From a virus: a stretch of 64,000 nt of DNA. The position numbers and the translations under genes are program-made. Shown in pieces: positions 1-11,200 of the stretch. The notes below the pieces were generated by a model. It worked only from the letters and a program-made list of their open reading frames with translations. It was not told the DNA's origin and ran no database searches. Position 1 is the stretch's first letter, and the number at the start of each line of letters is the position of its first letter. The DNA is taken from the IMG/VR virus record IMGVR_UViG_3300005805_000049, positions 1 to 64,000 of that record. The stretch is one strand, 5' to 3'.

Positions 1-1
1 G

Positions 2-1555
2 TACAGATCAGCAAGAGCAAAAGTCAATATTACATTTGAAGCAACTGGTGATTCACAACCATATGTAATAGAAAAAGGATCGTTGCTATCAACGGTAGTA
101 AAGTCTGATGCATATACATTCACCATTCCTGAAACATTAACTGTTTCTTCAGCGACAAGAAATAGTGCAAATACCGGTTACGTTTTTAACTTTGAGACTG
201 ACATTTATGAAGGGTATTATGTTAAAGATACTTATGTGTTCATGCAATCTGATGATGTTCAGCGTTTCAAGATTACCAATAAGAATGTTGATGTTGATAG
301 CATAACTGTTGCAGTATATCAAGATGGTAGTGAAATTCCAGATGTATATAAGCTAACACAGACGCTGCTTGGATTAAAAGCAACTTCAAAAGTATATTTC
401 ATTCAATCTACCGGAAGTGGGTATTATGAAATTCTATTTGGCGATGGAGTACTTGGAACAAAGCCAAAAGTTGGATCACAAATCGTAATCGATTATCGTT
501 TATCGTCTGGTACTGCAGCAAATGGATCAAAGACTTTTTCAATGGATTTCGATCCCACGTCTGCCGGGGAAATGCTAACATATACAGTTCAAACAGTACA
601 AAATGCATCTGGAGCAGCAGAAAGCCAGCCAATCGATTTGGTTAGACAATATGCTCCTCGTTATTTTGCTACACAGCAAAGAGCCGTCTCTTCTGATGAT
701 TATGCGTCTTTAATACTATCTAAATTTAGTGCAAACGTTGACGACGTTACTGTATATGGCGGAGAAAACCTTGAACCAAAACTTTATGGACGAGTAGTTA
801 TAGCTCTAAAACCAGTAACAGGCGATGCTGTTCCATCATACCTGAAAGACCAAATCAGCAACTACTTGTTGGATTACGTGTCATTGCCAACAAGAGTTGT
901 AATAACTGATCCAAACACTTTCCATTGTCAAGTAGTGACCACTGTTCAGTATGATCCAATTCTAACAACGAAAACTGCAACATTAATTAAAGATATTGTA
1001 TTCAATCAGATTCTTGACTTTAGTACTAATAACCTTGAAAGATTTGATCGCGACTTTAGATATTCTAAGTTCGTTCGAGCAATCGACGATGCTGACGAAG
1101 CTATCACAAGTAACGACACTGAAGTAAAAATGATAAAGAAGTTTTATCCAACTTTGAATCGCTTCTATACAACTGAAATTGATTTTGGCAATCAATTGCA
1201 TCCGATGAGAGGACCAACGGCTCTTCAAACGCCAGTGATAGTGTCAAGTCTATTTACATATATCGACGATCAGAATGTATACTATCCTTATTCTTTCTTG
1301 CAAGACGATGGGTTTGGTAACATTATCGTACGAACGCCAATCAACAATCAAACAGTGACGATAAACAACTCAATCGGTTCTGTTGACCATGATACAGGAA
1401 TTGTTAAACTATCGAAGCTGCTGGTTTCAAGTTACGGAAACCACATTTCGTTATACGCTTCAACAAGAATCAAAGACATTGTTATTAACAAATCGGCAGT
1501 GATAAAAATTGAAGCTGAGGACGTAACCGTTAATGTTATAGGAATCTTACAATAA
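2..1555 (+). CDS. gp6: Baseplate wedge subunit gp6-like (5' truncated by window edge)
   Basis: Frame is open from base 2. Motifs YYEILFGDGVLG, APRYFATQQRAVSSDDY and FRYSKF are typical of T4-like gp6; directly upstream of gp7. Confidence 0.9.
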   Translation, partial: YRSARAKVNITFEATGDSQPYVIEKGSLLSTVVKSDAYTFTIPETLTVSSATRNSANTGYVFNFETDIYEGYYVKDTYVFMQSDDVQRFKITNKNVDVDSITVAVYQDGSEIPDVYKLTQTLLGLKATSKVYFIQSTGSGYYEILFGDGVLGTKPKVGSQIVIDYRLSSGTAANGSKTFSMDFDPTSAGEMLTYTVQTVQNASGAAESQPIDLVRQYAPRYFATQQRAVSSDDYASLILSKFSANVDDVTVYGGENLEPKLYGRVVIALKPVTGDAVPSYLKDQISNYLLDYVSLPTRVVITDPNTFHCQVVTTVQYDPILTTKTATLIKDIVFNQILDFSTNNLERFDRDFRYSKFVRAIDDADEAITSNDTEVKMIKKFYPTLNRFYTTEIDFGNQLHPMRGPTALQTPVIVSSLFTYIDDQNVYYPYSFLQDDGFGNIIVRTPINNQTVTINNSIGSVDHDTGIVKLSKLLVSSYGNHISLYASTRIKDIVINKSAVIKIEAEDVTVNVIGILQ

Positions 1556-4500
1556 TGGATGTTGGAATCGAAAAGAAAATCTCTCCATTAATTGAGCATC
1601 AATTTCCAGCGTTCTATAAAGACGAAGGACCAGTTTTTATTCAGTTTGTTAAAGCGTATTATGAATGGCTGGAACAGACGAACAATCCATTATACTATGC
1701 AAGAAACTTTATTTCTCTAAGAGACATTGATGATACTCTGGAAACGTTTCTAAGCCATTTTCAGAAAAAATATCTTTATGGCATTCCATTTGACGTTATC
1801 ATTAATAAACGGTTACTGTTGAAGCATGTGTTAGATGTATACAGATCTAAAGGATCTATACAATGCTATAAACTGTTATTCCGTCTAATTTATAATGAAG
1901 ATGCTGAAGTATATTTGCCAGGCAGAGATATTTTACGTGCTTCTGATGGCAAGTGGAAACAAATACGGTATTGTGAAATAACTGAAAGCGAATATTCTAA
2001 GCAGTTTGTTGGGCAAACGGTAATTGGTTCTTCTTCGAAAGTTTCTGCAGTGGTCGAGAACTATACTCGCGAACCATTGAACGGAAACAGAATCAATACA
2101 ATCTTTTTGTCTAATATCGCTCCAGTTGATGGAGACTTTGAAATAGGTGAAAAACTAGTACTATACGATGATCTATTTTCATCGAACTTACCAAATGTAT
2201 TGAATCAGGCTCCAAGTGTAATTGGCAGCTTAGATAGAATTGAAATTGTCAATGGCGGCAGACAATTCAAACAGGGCGATTTGATCAAAATTGCTCAAAA
2301 AGATTTGTATACTGGCGATACAATCGCTCAGGGAATCGATGGAATCGTCAAAGTAACCGAGACGTTTGGTGGTCGAGGACGTATTCTTTTTGAAATTTTG
2401 TCTGGCGGTTCTGGTTACACTTTGGATTCAAAAAAGATCATTTACAATGGGGCAACTGATACTACTGGATCGGGTGCATCATTCAATCTTGGTTCTTATT
2501 TCAATACAGAGATAGTCACGTACAACACTGACGTTATCACCAACCTGCTTTTCAAGCCAATTGATACAGCAACGTATGATCTTCCAAGAGAACCTTCAGC
2601 AAACTTATCTAGCGTAATTGGCGATGTGTTAACATATCAGACTCGTAGATTTGGGTCGATATCATCACTTGCTCAGATTCGTACTGGCAGTTTTTACACC
2701 GAGCCATTAAAAGTATTTGTTCGGTCTGTGATTACGTCAGGTGCTATGCCTGGAAAGATTCAGTTTAATGATGCATGCACGTCAATAACTGCAGTTGAGT
2801 ATACATTCAATGCCAATACAGACGTAGACAATGCAACCGACACAATTGCTATTGAAAATGCGAGTCATTTCAATGTTAATGATATCATTGACTACAATGT
2901 TCTTGCTGGTAACACCGCAATTAGTGGGCTAACTTCGAATACCAGATACTACGTTTCATTTGCTAACACTACTCACATTGCACTCAGCGACACTTTTGAT
3001 GGTGCAAACATCAACATAACAGCGAGCACAACTTCTGAAACTGGGCATGTGTTTACGGGAACTGTGTTTGAGTCGTACTTTGCAAACGATGATACGATTG
3101 CAATTATGTCTGACAGTTCTAATAGCGCAACTGAAGAATTCCATGTAATTCAGTCTGTAGCAAATAATACAAGTTTGACGTTATACGGTAAGCCAAATTC
3201 AACATCAACTGCAAATGCTGTCTATAAAGTATCTCCGGGAATCTATCAATCAAATTTCGATGTTAACGATCCAAAAGTTGCAAGACCAGACGGTTCAATT
3301 TCCGGTCGCAATGCTTCGATTGTCGGCTCTCCATCGTTTGGTAACAATGTTATTTCTAATACTGCTGTAGTTAACTCTGGTAGGGGATATCAAGAAGACG
3401 AATTCGTTTACTTGTATTTGTATGGAGGACTAACTGTTCCTGAAGTACTGAATGGGGGAACTGGTTATGCAAATGGAGAGCAGTTGATTTTCCGTGGAGG
3501 ATTGCCTCAAAAAGAAGCAACTGCAACAGTAATTACCGATGCGTTTGGAACAATTGAAGAAATCTCCATGACTTATAATGGTGCTGGGTACTCAGCTGCT
3601 CCAGAAATATCAGTGAGAACTAAGAATGGTATTGGTGCTAAGCTTCAAACGACTGTAACAGAGTATAACGATCTATATGAAATAACAGGTCGTGTAGTTA
3701 AAAGAGGAATTGGAAGAAAACAAGGATATTGGGCAACAACTGACAGCTTCTTGAATTCCGACAAGTATATTCAAGACAGCCACTACTATCAGGACTTTTC
3801 TTACCAAATAGATGCCGCGCTATCTCTAAGCAAATACAAAGACGTTCTATATAACACTTTCCATACAGCGGGAACAGAGTTGTTTGGTCAGTTCTTGTTA
3901 AAGAGCGAAATGCAATCGTTACAATACAACGATGGCCCATCAAATATTGATTTGAGCACCTACGTCCAGTCGATGGTAGATTTTGACACTGCTGATTCTG
4001 GAATCCTGACTGCTGACATGGATTTTGTTACAATTGATATGGCTCAGAATGATATTAAACTAGAAGAGAATCTGTTTGCCCACAGTGAGGAATTTGACAA
4101 TGTTTATTGGACAGCAGTTTATAGTACTGTAGACAGCAATGTTGCCCAAGATCGTGATGGAGCAAACACAGTCGATCAAATCATTGCTGATAGCTCCAAC
4201 AACATCCATGGGGTATATGCAAACACTGCTCAGTTGAGTCGCTCAAGTGCGTATCAATTTTCAGTTCATGCTTCAGCAAATACCGGCAATTGGTTAGCTT
4301 TGGTTTGGAATAGTCCTGAAACAGCTGTTGCTTACTTTGATCTTGCTAATGGCGTAATTGGTTCCTCTTATGGTACATATGCTCCAACGAGTTTATCTAT
4401 CGAGCAATCAAATGGAGGATTGTATCGTTGCTCAATGCAAGTTGTTCCAGCAGCATCGCCTTCTAAGTGGTATATTTGCGTAGCGCAAGATGATGGTCAA

Positions 4501-5826
4501 GTCATTTTTGAGAATGCGGGGTTGGCAATCAACATCTGGGGAGCTCAATTAGAGCGTGGAAGTGACAAATTACCATACACCAAAACAATTAACGTTCCAT
4601 TATCTGACAGAACCTCGTACCCAGGCATTGCGTATGGTATCAAGTATCTACCAGACACTAGAACAAACATTGTACTGGACTCTGAAGATTTCGATTTTCC
4701 TTTGTGGGTAAATGTTAACAGTCAGGCTCAAGGAGACTCAATAACCGCGCCGGACAGCAGGTTTACGGCTGAAAAACTGGTCGAAGACGGCTCTTCTAAT
4801 TCAGTGCATCGAATCGAGCCTGTATCTAATATCCATTTTGATGCAAATACCACATATACATATAGTGTATATGCAAAAGCTTCAGAACGCAATTGGATAT
4901 CGATCGATTTACATTCGGACAATACGCAGTCATATACAAATCGCCCACTAGCGTTTTTTGATCTTGCAAATGGAGTTGTAGGCAACACACAACATGCCAA
5001 TGCAAATATGATTGAATTGTACGACGGGTGGTATCGTTGCTGGATCACTTCAACTGCTGACGTTGCTTCTGACAACAATCGACCAGGATTTCAAATTGCT
5101 GAAAATGATGGCGTTGAACAGTACGATGGAGTTGGGAATGACGGAATTTATATTTGGGGGGCTCAGTTAGAAGCCAACACCGCCGCAACTTCATATATTA
5201 AAACAACCAAAGGCAAGAATTACCTAATTTATACTTCACAATTTGGTAATCAAACAGGATGGCAGCAAGTTAATATAACAGTGACGAATAACTCTGCGTT
5301 TGCTCCAAATGGACTAGAAGTAGCAGATTCGATTGTAGCAACGAACTCTACCAATCAGCATTATATTGAATCTATACCAGTCAATATTCCTATATTTAAC
5401 ACGAATACATTCACGTTATCAGTATTTCTAAAAGCAAACACTGAATATGTGGTTCAACTTGCCGCTGGTAGTGATGCATTTGGATCTGATTTATGGGCAA
5501 ATTTCGACTTAGCAAATGGCGTGATAGGAACTTATGGAATATCAACTAACGCTCAAATGGTTGCAAACACTCTTCTATACGGAGATGGGTGGTATCGTTG
5601 CTCAATAACAGGAGACGCAATAGCAAATACTGATGGTGCTCACATGATTATCTCATTCTCTAACAACGATGTTAATGCTACAAGATTGCCAACAATTGAA
5701 GCAAATTCTTCACAACTGTTCTTTGCGTATGGTGCGCAGCTCGAAAAGGCTACAGAAGCTACTTCATACAGTGACGTTGAAGGATTTTCTACGTTAGCAG
5801 GAAGTTTTGAGTTTCAACCCGAATAA
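1555..5826 (+). CDS. gp7: Baseplate wedge initiator gp7-like with C-terminal repeated beta-sandwich domains
   Basis: N-term QFP.F...FVKAYYEWLE and YRSKGS; later KYIQDSHYYQDFSY...HTAGTELFG, as in cyanophage-type gp7; synteny between gp6 and gp8. Confidence 0.8.
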   Translation: MDVGIEKKISPLIEHQFPAFYKDEGPVFIQFVKAYYEWLEQTNNPLYYARNFISLRDIDDTLETFLSHFQKKYLYGIPFDVIINKRLLLKHVLDVYRSKGSIQCYKLLFRLIYNEDAEVYLPGRDILRASDGKWKQIRYCEITESEYSKQFVGQTVIGSSSKVSAVVENYTREPLNGNRINTIFLSNIAPVDGDFEIGEKLVLYDDLFSSNLPNVLNQAPSVIGSLDRIEIVNGGRQFKQGDLIKIAQKDLYTGDTIAQGIDGIVKVTETFGGRGRILFEILSGGSGYTLDSKKIIYNGATDTTGSGASFNLGSYFNTEIVTYNTDVITNLLFKPIDTATYDLPREPSANLSSVIGDVLTYQTRRFGSISSLAQIRTGSFYTEPLKVFVRSVITSGAMPGKIQFNDACTSITAVEYTFNANTDVDNATDTIAIENASHFNVNDIIDYNVLAGNTAISGLTSNTRYYVSFANTTHIALSDTFDGANINITASTTSETGHVFTGTVFESYFANDDTIAIMSDSSNSATEEFHVIQSVANNTSLTLYGKPNSTSTANAVYKVSPGIYQSNFDVNDPKVARPDGSISGRNASIVGSPSFGNNVISNTAVVNSGRGYQEDEFVYLYLYGGLTVPEVLNGGTGYANGEQLIFRGGLPQKEATATVITDAFGTIEEISMTYNGAGYSAAPEISVRTKNGIGAKLQTTVTEYNDLYEITGRVVKRGIGRKQGYWATTDSFLNSDKYIQDSHYYQDFSYQIDAALSLSKYKDVLYNTFHTAGTELFGQFLLKSEMQSLQYNDGPSNIDLSTYVQSMVDFDTADSGILTADMDFVTIDMAQNDIKLEENLFAHSEEFDNVYWTAVYSTVDSNVAQDRDGANTVDQIIADSSNNIHGVYANTAQLSRSSAYQFSVHASANTGNWLALVWNSPETAVAYFDLANGVIGSSYGTYAPTSLSIEQSNGGLYRCSMQVVPAASPSKWYICVAQDDGQVIFENAGLAINIWGAQLERGSDKLPYTKTINVPLSDRTSYPGIAYGIKYLPDTRTNIVLDSEDFDFPLWVNVNSQAQGDSITAPDSRFTAEKLVEDGSSNSVHRIEPVSNIHFDANTTYTYSVYAKASERNWISIDLHSDNTQSYTNRPLAFFDLANGVVGNTQHANANMIELYDGWYRCWITSTADVASDNNRPGFQIAENDGVEQYDGVGNDGIYIWGAQLEANTAATSYIKTTKGKNYLIYTSQFGNQTGWQQVNITVTNNSAFAPNGLEVADSIVATNSTNQHYIESIPVNIPIFNTNTFTLSVFLKANTEYVVQLAAGSDAFGSDLWANFDLANGVIGTYGISTNAQMVANTLLYGDGWYRCSITGDAIANTDGAHMIISFSNNDVNATRLPTIEANSSQLFFAYGAQLEKATEATSYSDVEGFSTLAGSFEFQPE
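4069..5770 (+). repeat. Three tandem ~190-aa domain repeats in the gp7 C-terminus
   Basis: FDLANGV, G(L/W)YRC and (W/Y)GAQLE each recur three times. Boundaries approximate. Confidence 0.8.
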
Positions 5827-5829
5827 ATA
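5822..5829 (+). promoter_or_regulatory. T4-type late promoter variant (AATAAATA)
   Basis: One mismatch to TATAAATA, just upstream of the 5857 ORF; gp55 is encoded in the window. Confidence 0.55.
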
Positions 5830-5856
5830 GTTATAAACACACTAGAAGGTAACTCC

Positions 5857-6636
5857 ATGGCAAAACAATTAGTGTATAGAGGTGGTGCTCCTAACGATGG
5901 TCAAGGAGACTCTTTATATAACGCGTTTAAGAAAGTAAATGAAAATTTCGATGAGCTTTATAGCTCATTTGGAGCATTTTCGTCAAATAATGTTACCGTT
6001 GCCAATAATATGCTATTTGGCAACAGTACTGTCAACGCCGTTGTTAATTCTTCAACGATTCAAATAAACAACGGCAATACAATTTCGATTGTGCCTTCGT
6101 CTATAACGCTCGGAAACACCATTGTCGCATCGAGTTACCTAAAGGTTGGAAACACCACGGTAAACGCGCAAGTAAACAGCATTTCAATTAAATTGTATGG
6201 TAGCGTTGGTAATTCAACAGTAAACTCCTCAATTATCCAAGTTGCAAATACTACATCAGCTACAGCAAATTTGCAGCCAGGTCTTTTAAAAATTGGTACT
6301 AGTCAAGTCAATTCTACGTCTATCTCAGCTGCAAGTATCAATGTTAGTTCAAATACATTGTCTCTTGGCAGTTCTAGCATTGCTGCCAATGGGTATTCTA
6401 GATTGCCAAATGGGTTATTGTATCAGTGGGGAAAGGTATCAGCAAATGATACAACAACTACAATTACTTTTCCAACAACATTTACTACGTTATATTCAAT
6501 TACAGTAACGCCATATAGTGCTGCTTACAACAACTCTTATTTTACAATGGTTGTTGGTTCCAACACTTCTACGGCAAATGTCAAAACATCAAATGCAACT
6601 TCAATTGATGTTTACTATACTGCGATTGGAGTATAA
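5857..6636 (+). CDS. Baseplate/short fibre protein (gp9/gp10-like N-terminus, fibre-tip C-terminus)
   Basis: N-term NDGQGDSLYNAFKKVNENFDELY is the gp9/gp10 anchor motif; C-term GYSRLPNGLLYQWG is a common fibre-tip motif. Confidence 0.7.
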   Translation: MAKQLVYRGGAPNDGQGDSLYNAFKKVNENFDELYSSFGAFSSNNVTVANNMLFGNSTVNAVVNSSTIQINNGNTISIVPSSITLGNTIVASSYLKVGNTTVNAQVNSISIKLYGSVGNSTVNSSIIQVANTTSATANLQPGLLKIGTSQVNSTSISAASINVSSNTLSLGSSSIAANGYSRLPNGLLYQWGKVSANDTTTTITFPTTFTTLYSITVTPYSAAYNNSYFTMVVGSNTSTANVKTSNATSIDVYYTAIGV

Positions 6637-6639
6637 CAG

Positions 6640-8220
6640 ATGACTGGAGAGTTACTACCAAGATATAAACAAGCACTAGTTGAAGATTTGATTCAGTCGA
6701 TTGCTGGCAACACTTCAATTTACTACGCATTTGCTTCCAATCCAACAGAGAATATTGGAGCAGCGCCAAATACCACTGTAGATGATTACTCCACTGCTTT
6801 CGAAAATGGATGGAATCTATTGTTTGGTAAAAAGATTGCTAACACCGACGTGTCTGCAATCATTAAAAGATATGATTGGCAATCAAATACCAAGTATCTT
6901 GCATATGATGATAGAGTATCATTTGCAAATACTGGCAACAGTTCGTTTTATGTATCAGTTCCTCCATCTGCACCAGGTGGATATTATCATATCTACAAAT
7001 GTATTGATAATGCGTCAAATGGCTATTCAACGCAAGTACCTGACTTAAGGGAAACATATTCTTATACTTTATCTGATGGATACACTTGGAGATACATATA
7101 TTCAATTTCAAGTTCAAACTATGCGAAGTTTGCAACAGACGATTACCTTCCAGTTTATCCAAACAACTCATTAACTGCAGCAGCGTATAATTACTCAGGC
7201 GTTGACAAAATTCTAGTAACTAATGTTGGAAGTGATTATAGAACGTATCACGATGGAACAGTTCTCAGTGCTGTTAACACAACTCTAATTCAAATTTCTA
7301 ATACTGCAAGTGGTGACAATGATTTTTACACGGACAGTTCAATCTACATTTATACAGTAGGTTCGCCAACAGCTCAATTGAGAAAGATTAACAGTTATGT
7401 TGCAAACTCTACAGGAAAATGGTGCTATGTTGATGGAGAAATCAACATAGATTATATCGTTGAAGAAACAACACAATATAAAATCTCTCCAACTGTAACT
7501 ATCGATTCAGACGGCAATCAAATGCCATTAGCTTATTCAGTTGTCAATAGCATTTCAAACACAATTGCAAATGTTGTTCTAATTGAGTCGGGATACGGAA
7601 TTACTAGAGCAGAAGTAACGATAACTGCAAATGCCGCTTATGGCACTGGAGCAACTGCTCGTTGTATCGTTCCTCCACCTGGCGGACATGGCAGCAATCC
7701 AGCTTCGGAATTATATACTGTTGGAATGTGTATTACTTCATCATTCGTCGAAACTGAATCAAACACGATCATAACAAAAGTAGGCAACACGTCAGTTTCC
7801 GCAAATCTAACTTACAACAAGATTGGAATCATTAAAGATCCTTATGAATTATATGGAGTTGGCGAAAAGGGAACTGTGCAATTCAGTAGCAACACTTTTG
7901 ACCAAATCTTTAAAGCAGATTTAAATCCAGATCTAGTCACTGCATTGGACAAGGACACTATAGTGATCGGTCAAATGAGTGGTGCTAAAGGAAAGGTAGT
8001 TTTTTCCAACACTTCTCAAATTTACTTAGTCGGCGATAAGCATTTTATTAACAATGAAGAGATCCTACATGTAGACACGTCTGCTACTGCTAATATAAAT
8101 ATAACACATCGTGGCGATATTTACGCTAAAGACTTCCGTCCAATATATGTTGAGAATGTAAACGACATTGAAAGAGCGGATGATCAGTCAGAAACCTTCA
8201 AAATTATAATCAGGGCATAA
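6640..8220 (+). CDS. gp8: Baseplate wedge subunit gp8-like
   Basis: IYKCIDN, DGYTWRYIY, KFATDDYLPV, PPGGHGSNPASEL and C-term R..DQSETFKIII match gp8-family motifs. Confidence 0.85.
   Translation: MTGELLPRYKQALVEDLIQSIAGNTSIYYAFASNPTENIGAAPNTTVDDYSTAFENGWNLLFGKKIANTDVSAIIKRYDWQSNTKYLAYDDRVSFANTGNSSFYVSVPPSAPGGYYHIYKCIDNASNGYSTQVPDLRETYSYTLSDGYTWRYIYSISSSNYAKFATDDYLPVYPNNSLTAAAYNYSGVDKILVTNVGSDYRTYHDGTVLSAVNTTLIQISNTASGDNDFYTDSSIYIYTVGSPTAQLRKINSYVANSTGKWCYVDGEINIDYIVEETTQYKISPTVTIDSDGNQMPLAYSVVNSISNTIANVVLIESGYGITRAEVTITANAAYGTGATARCIVPPPGGHGSNPASELYTVGMCITSSFVETESNTIITKVGNTSVSANLTYNKIGIIKDPYELYGVGEKGTVQFSSNTFDQIFKADLNPDLVTALDKDTIVIGQMSGAKGKVVFSNTSQIYLVGDKHFINNEEILHVDTSATANINITHRGDIYAKDFRPIYVENVNDIERADDQSETFKIIIRA
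8094..8101 (+). promoter_or_regulatory. T4-type late promoter TATAAATA
   Basis: Exact consensus in the gp8 3' end, upstream of the VrlC-like gene. Confidence 0.55.
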
Positions 8221-8223
8221 CTA

Positions 8224-11200
8224 ATGGCGACAGAAAAAGATTTCAACGTCCCTCCTTACTTCGACGATTTTGATGCTAACAATCGTTATCACAGGATCTT
8301 GTTCCGTCCTTCAGTAGCTGTACAAGCCAGAGAATTAACACAGCTTCAGACTACATTGCAAGACCAAATCGAAACATTTGGTAATCATATGTTTAAAGAT
8401 GGTACTATCGTTGACGGCGTTTCAATTGCTTATTACCCTTCAGTTAGCTACATATCTCTGAATGACTTTTTCTCAAATGCCGACGGAAGTGGGGCTGAAA
8501 TAGTTCCTACAGATTTAGATTCTTCCATGCTGGTTACTAACTCAACTGATTCGGACGCAGCAGTTCGCGCTTCGATAAAACTAGCTTATAACGGAACTTC
8601 TTCAGATTACCCAAACACAAATAGGTTATACTTTGATTATGTAACCACTGGAACTGATCCAGATGGTAATGATATCAACACATTTTTACCAGGGGACACT
8701 CTTTACATTTACGCAAACACTCAAAGCAAGTTTGGTAATTTAAGCACAGATAACTTATTATATACAATTGAAACATTACCTTCAAACAGTGTGTTTACTT
8801 CAAATGGCACTTCCTATTGCATGAGCGTATCAGAAGGAACAATCTTTCAAAAAGGTTTTTTTGCAAGAGTTACTCCACAAGTAATATCAGTTAATCCATT
8901 TTCAAGCAATGTAACTGGATATGTCGTTGGATTCAATACTGTTGAAGAAATTGTCGATGAAAACATCGATCCTTCTCTTGCTGACAATGCTCTTGGATAT
9001 CCTAACGAAAATGCTCCTGGTGCACATCGACTTAAATTAATACCAAGCTTAGTTGCAAAATTAAAAACAGAGACGTCGACAAACAAAAATTTCTTTGCGA
9101 TAGTGGAATTTGACGGCCAAAACCCAACAGAACAAAAAGATTCTGCACAATATGGTACTATTTTAGACCAATTTGCTAATAGAACGTATGAAGAATCCGG
9201 CAATTATTTAATTAGACCGTTTCAGATTGAGGCTTTAACGAATAGCGCAAATAGCCAAACATTTTATTATAATACGTCTCCCGGCATAGGGTACGTTCGA
9301 GGATATAGAATTGAAAAATTAGCACCAACTAAGATAGAAGCATTAAAAGCATCTACGACAGAAGTTGCGCAAAATCAATTGATAACAGCAAATTATGGTA
9401 GTTATGTAGTTTGCGATGAATTCTTAGGAGTATTCGACACTGAACAACTGTCTGAGGTTACGTTGTATGACGCTCCCCAGAATGCAATCTCTGAATACGA
9501 AGGAACTTCGTCTTCTCCTACAGGCAACATTGTGGGTAAAGCAAACGTTAGAGCAGTGGTGTTTGAGGAAGGTGTTAAAGGTTCTCCTACTGCAAAATAC
9601 TTAGTATATCTTTTTAACATTCGAATGAATTCTGGAAAAAGTTTTCGTGTCGATTGCAAAAGCTTGTATTTGTCAGGGTCTTTAGGCAAAGCAAAGGCTG
9701 ACGTCGTATTAGAAAACGGTGTTGCAGTGTTGAAAGAATCGACAAAAAACATTACCGTATTTAGTTCTGGGTTATCTGCAGTTAAAAGGTTGACAAACAA
9801 TACTGGAATTGGTGACACTAATTACACATACAACCAAACCAAATCTGCTACTATTACAACTGATGGTATAGTAACTGTTACTTTAGATACAGCAGCGCCC
9901 GGTGCTTCAACTGAAAGGTTAAACCAAACAGAAGGTTCAGTTCTCACAGGTAATTTGCTAGAGGAATATAATGTCTACTTATCAGCAAATGCTTACACAG
10001 CAAATTTGTCTGGTACAATTGCTATATCTTCTGGCAGCACCTTGGTTACTGGAGGAACGTCTTTAAATACGCAATTAACATCTAATAGCATTATTAGAAT
10101 TTACGCAAATACCACTCAAACGTATTTGCGTAGAGTTGTTTCCATCAACTCGTCAACGCAAATGACATTGGATACTCCTCTTCCAGCGTCGAATTCTTCT
10201 TGCAATTTCCAGCAGTATTTTGTTGCCGGCACTCCTCTTCCTTTGGAAGATGTGACGATTAATTCGAACACATCATTTACAGCCAATTCAGGTCTAAGTT
10301 TAGATTCTGGCATACAAACAGTGTATTGCTCATACCCAGTAAATAGAAACCAAGCAACTTCTATTGAGAAAGTTATTCGCAAAAATAGATTTGTAAAAAT
10401 TAATTGCTCTACTAACGTAGCAAATACGGTTGGACCATGGGTTATCGGTCTACCAGATGTGCACAAACTACGCCACGTGTACGTTGGAACAACATACAGC
10501 GAGGCAAATCCTGATAGAATTAGTTGGTTCAAACTAGATGATGGTCAAAGAGATGATATGTATGACCATGCAAGATTAATTATTAAGCCACAATATGCAT
10601 CAAAAATAACAAGTAGCACGAGAATACTAGTTGAACTGGACCATTTCACAGCAAACACTGAAAGCTCAGTAGGATTCTTCTCTGTCGAGTCATATCCAAT
10701 AGACGATGCTGATAGTTCAAATACTTCTGCAATCCAGACGTTTGAATTGCCAAAGTATAAAGATCTTGAATTGCGTAATTTAATTGATTTTAGACCATTC
10801 AAAGCAAACACCGCTGACTCAGCAACCAGTGAGGCCGCTGCAACTGAAAACCCATTAGCTAATTTACAAACTTTCTCCATCAGCACTGGGGGGCAATACA
10901 TGATATTGCCAGACAATAACTTTACTGCTGATTTTGAGTATTATCTACCAAGATATGATATGGTAACATTGGATAAAATGGGCAATTTTGGTGTTGTGTC
11001 CGGAACACCATCAGTTAATCCAATTAAGCCTTACGTCGAAAGCGATCAAATGATAATTGCTGAGACGTACGTTCCTCCATACCCATCAGCAACAAAGCGT
11101 GAATACGATCAATACAAATCATCATCGTTTATCCAAATCAACCTATTTAAAAATAAAAGATACACGATGAAAGATATTGGAGGGCTTGAGGAAAGAATTA

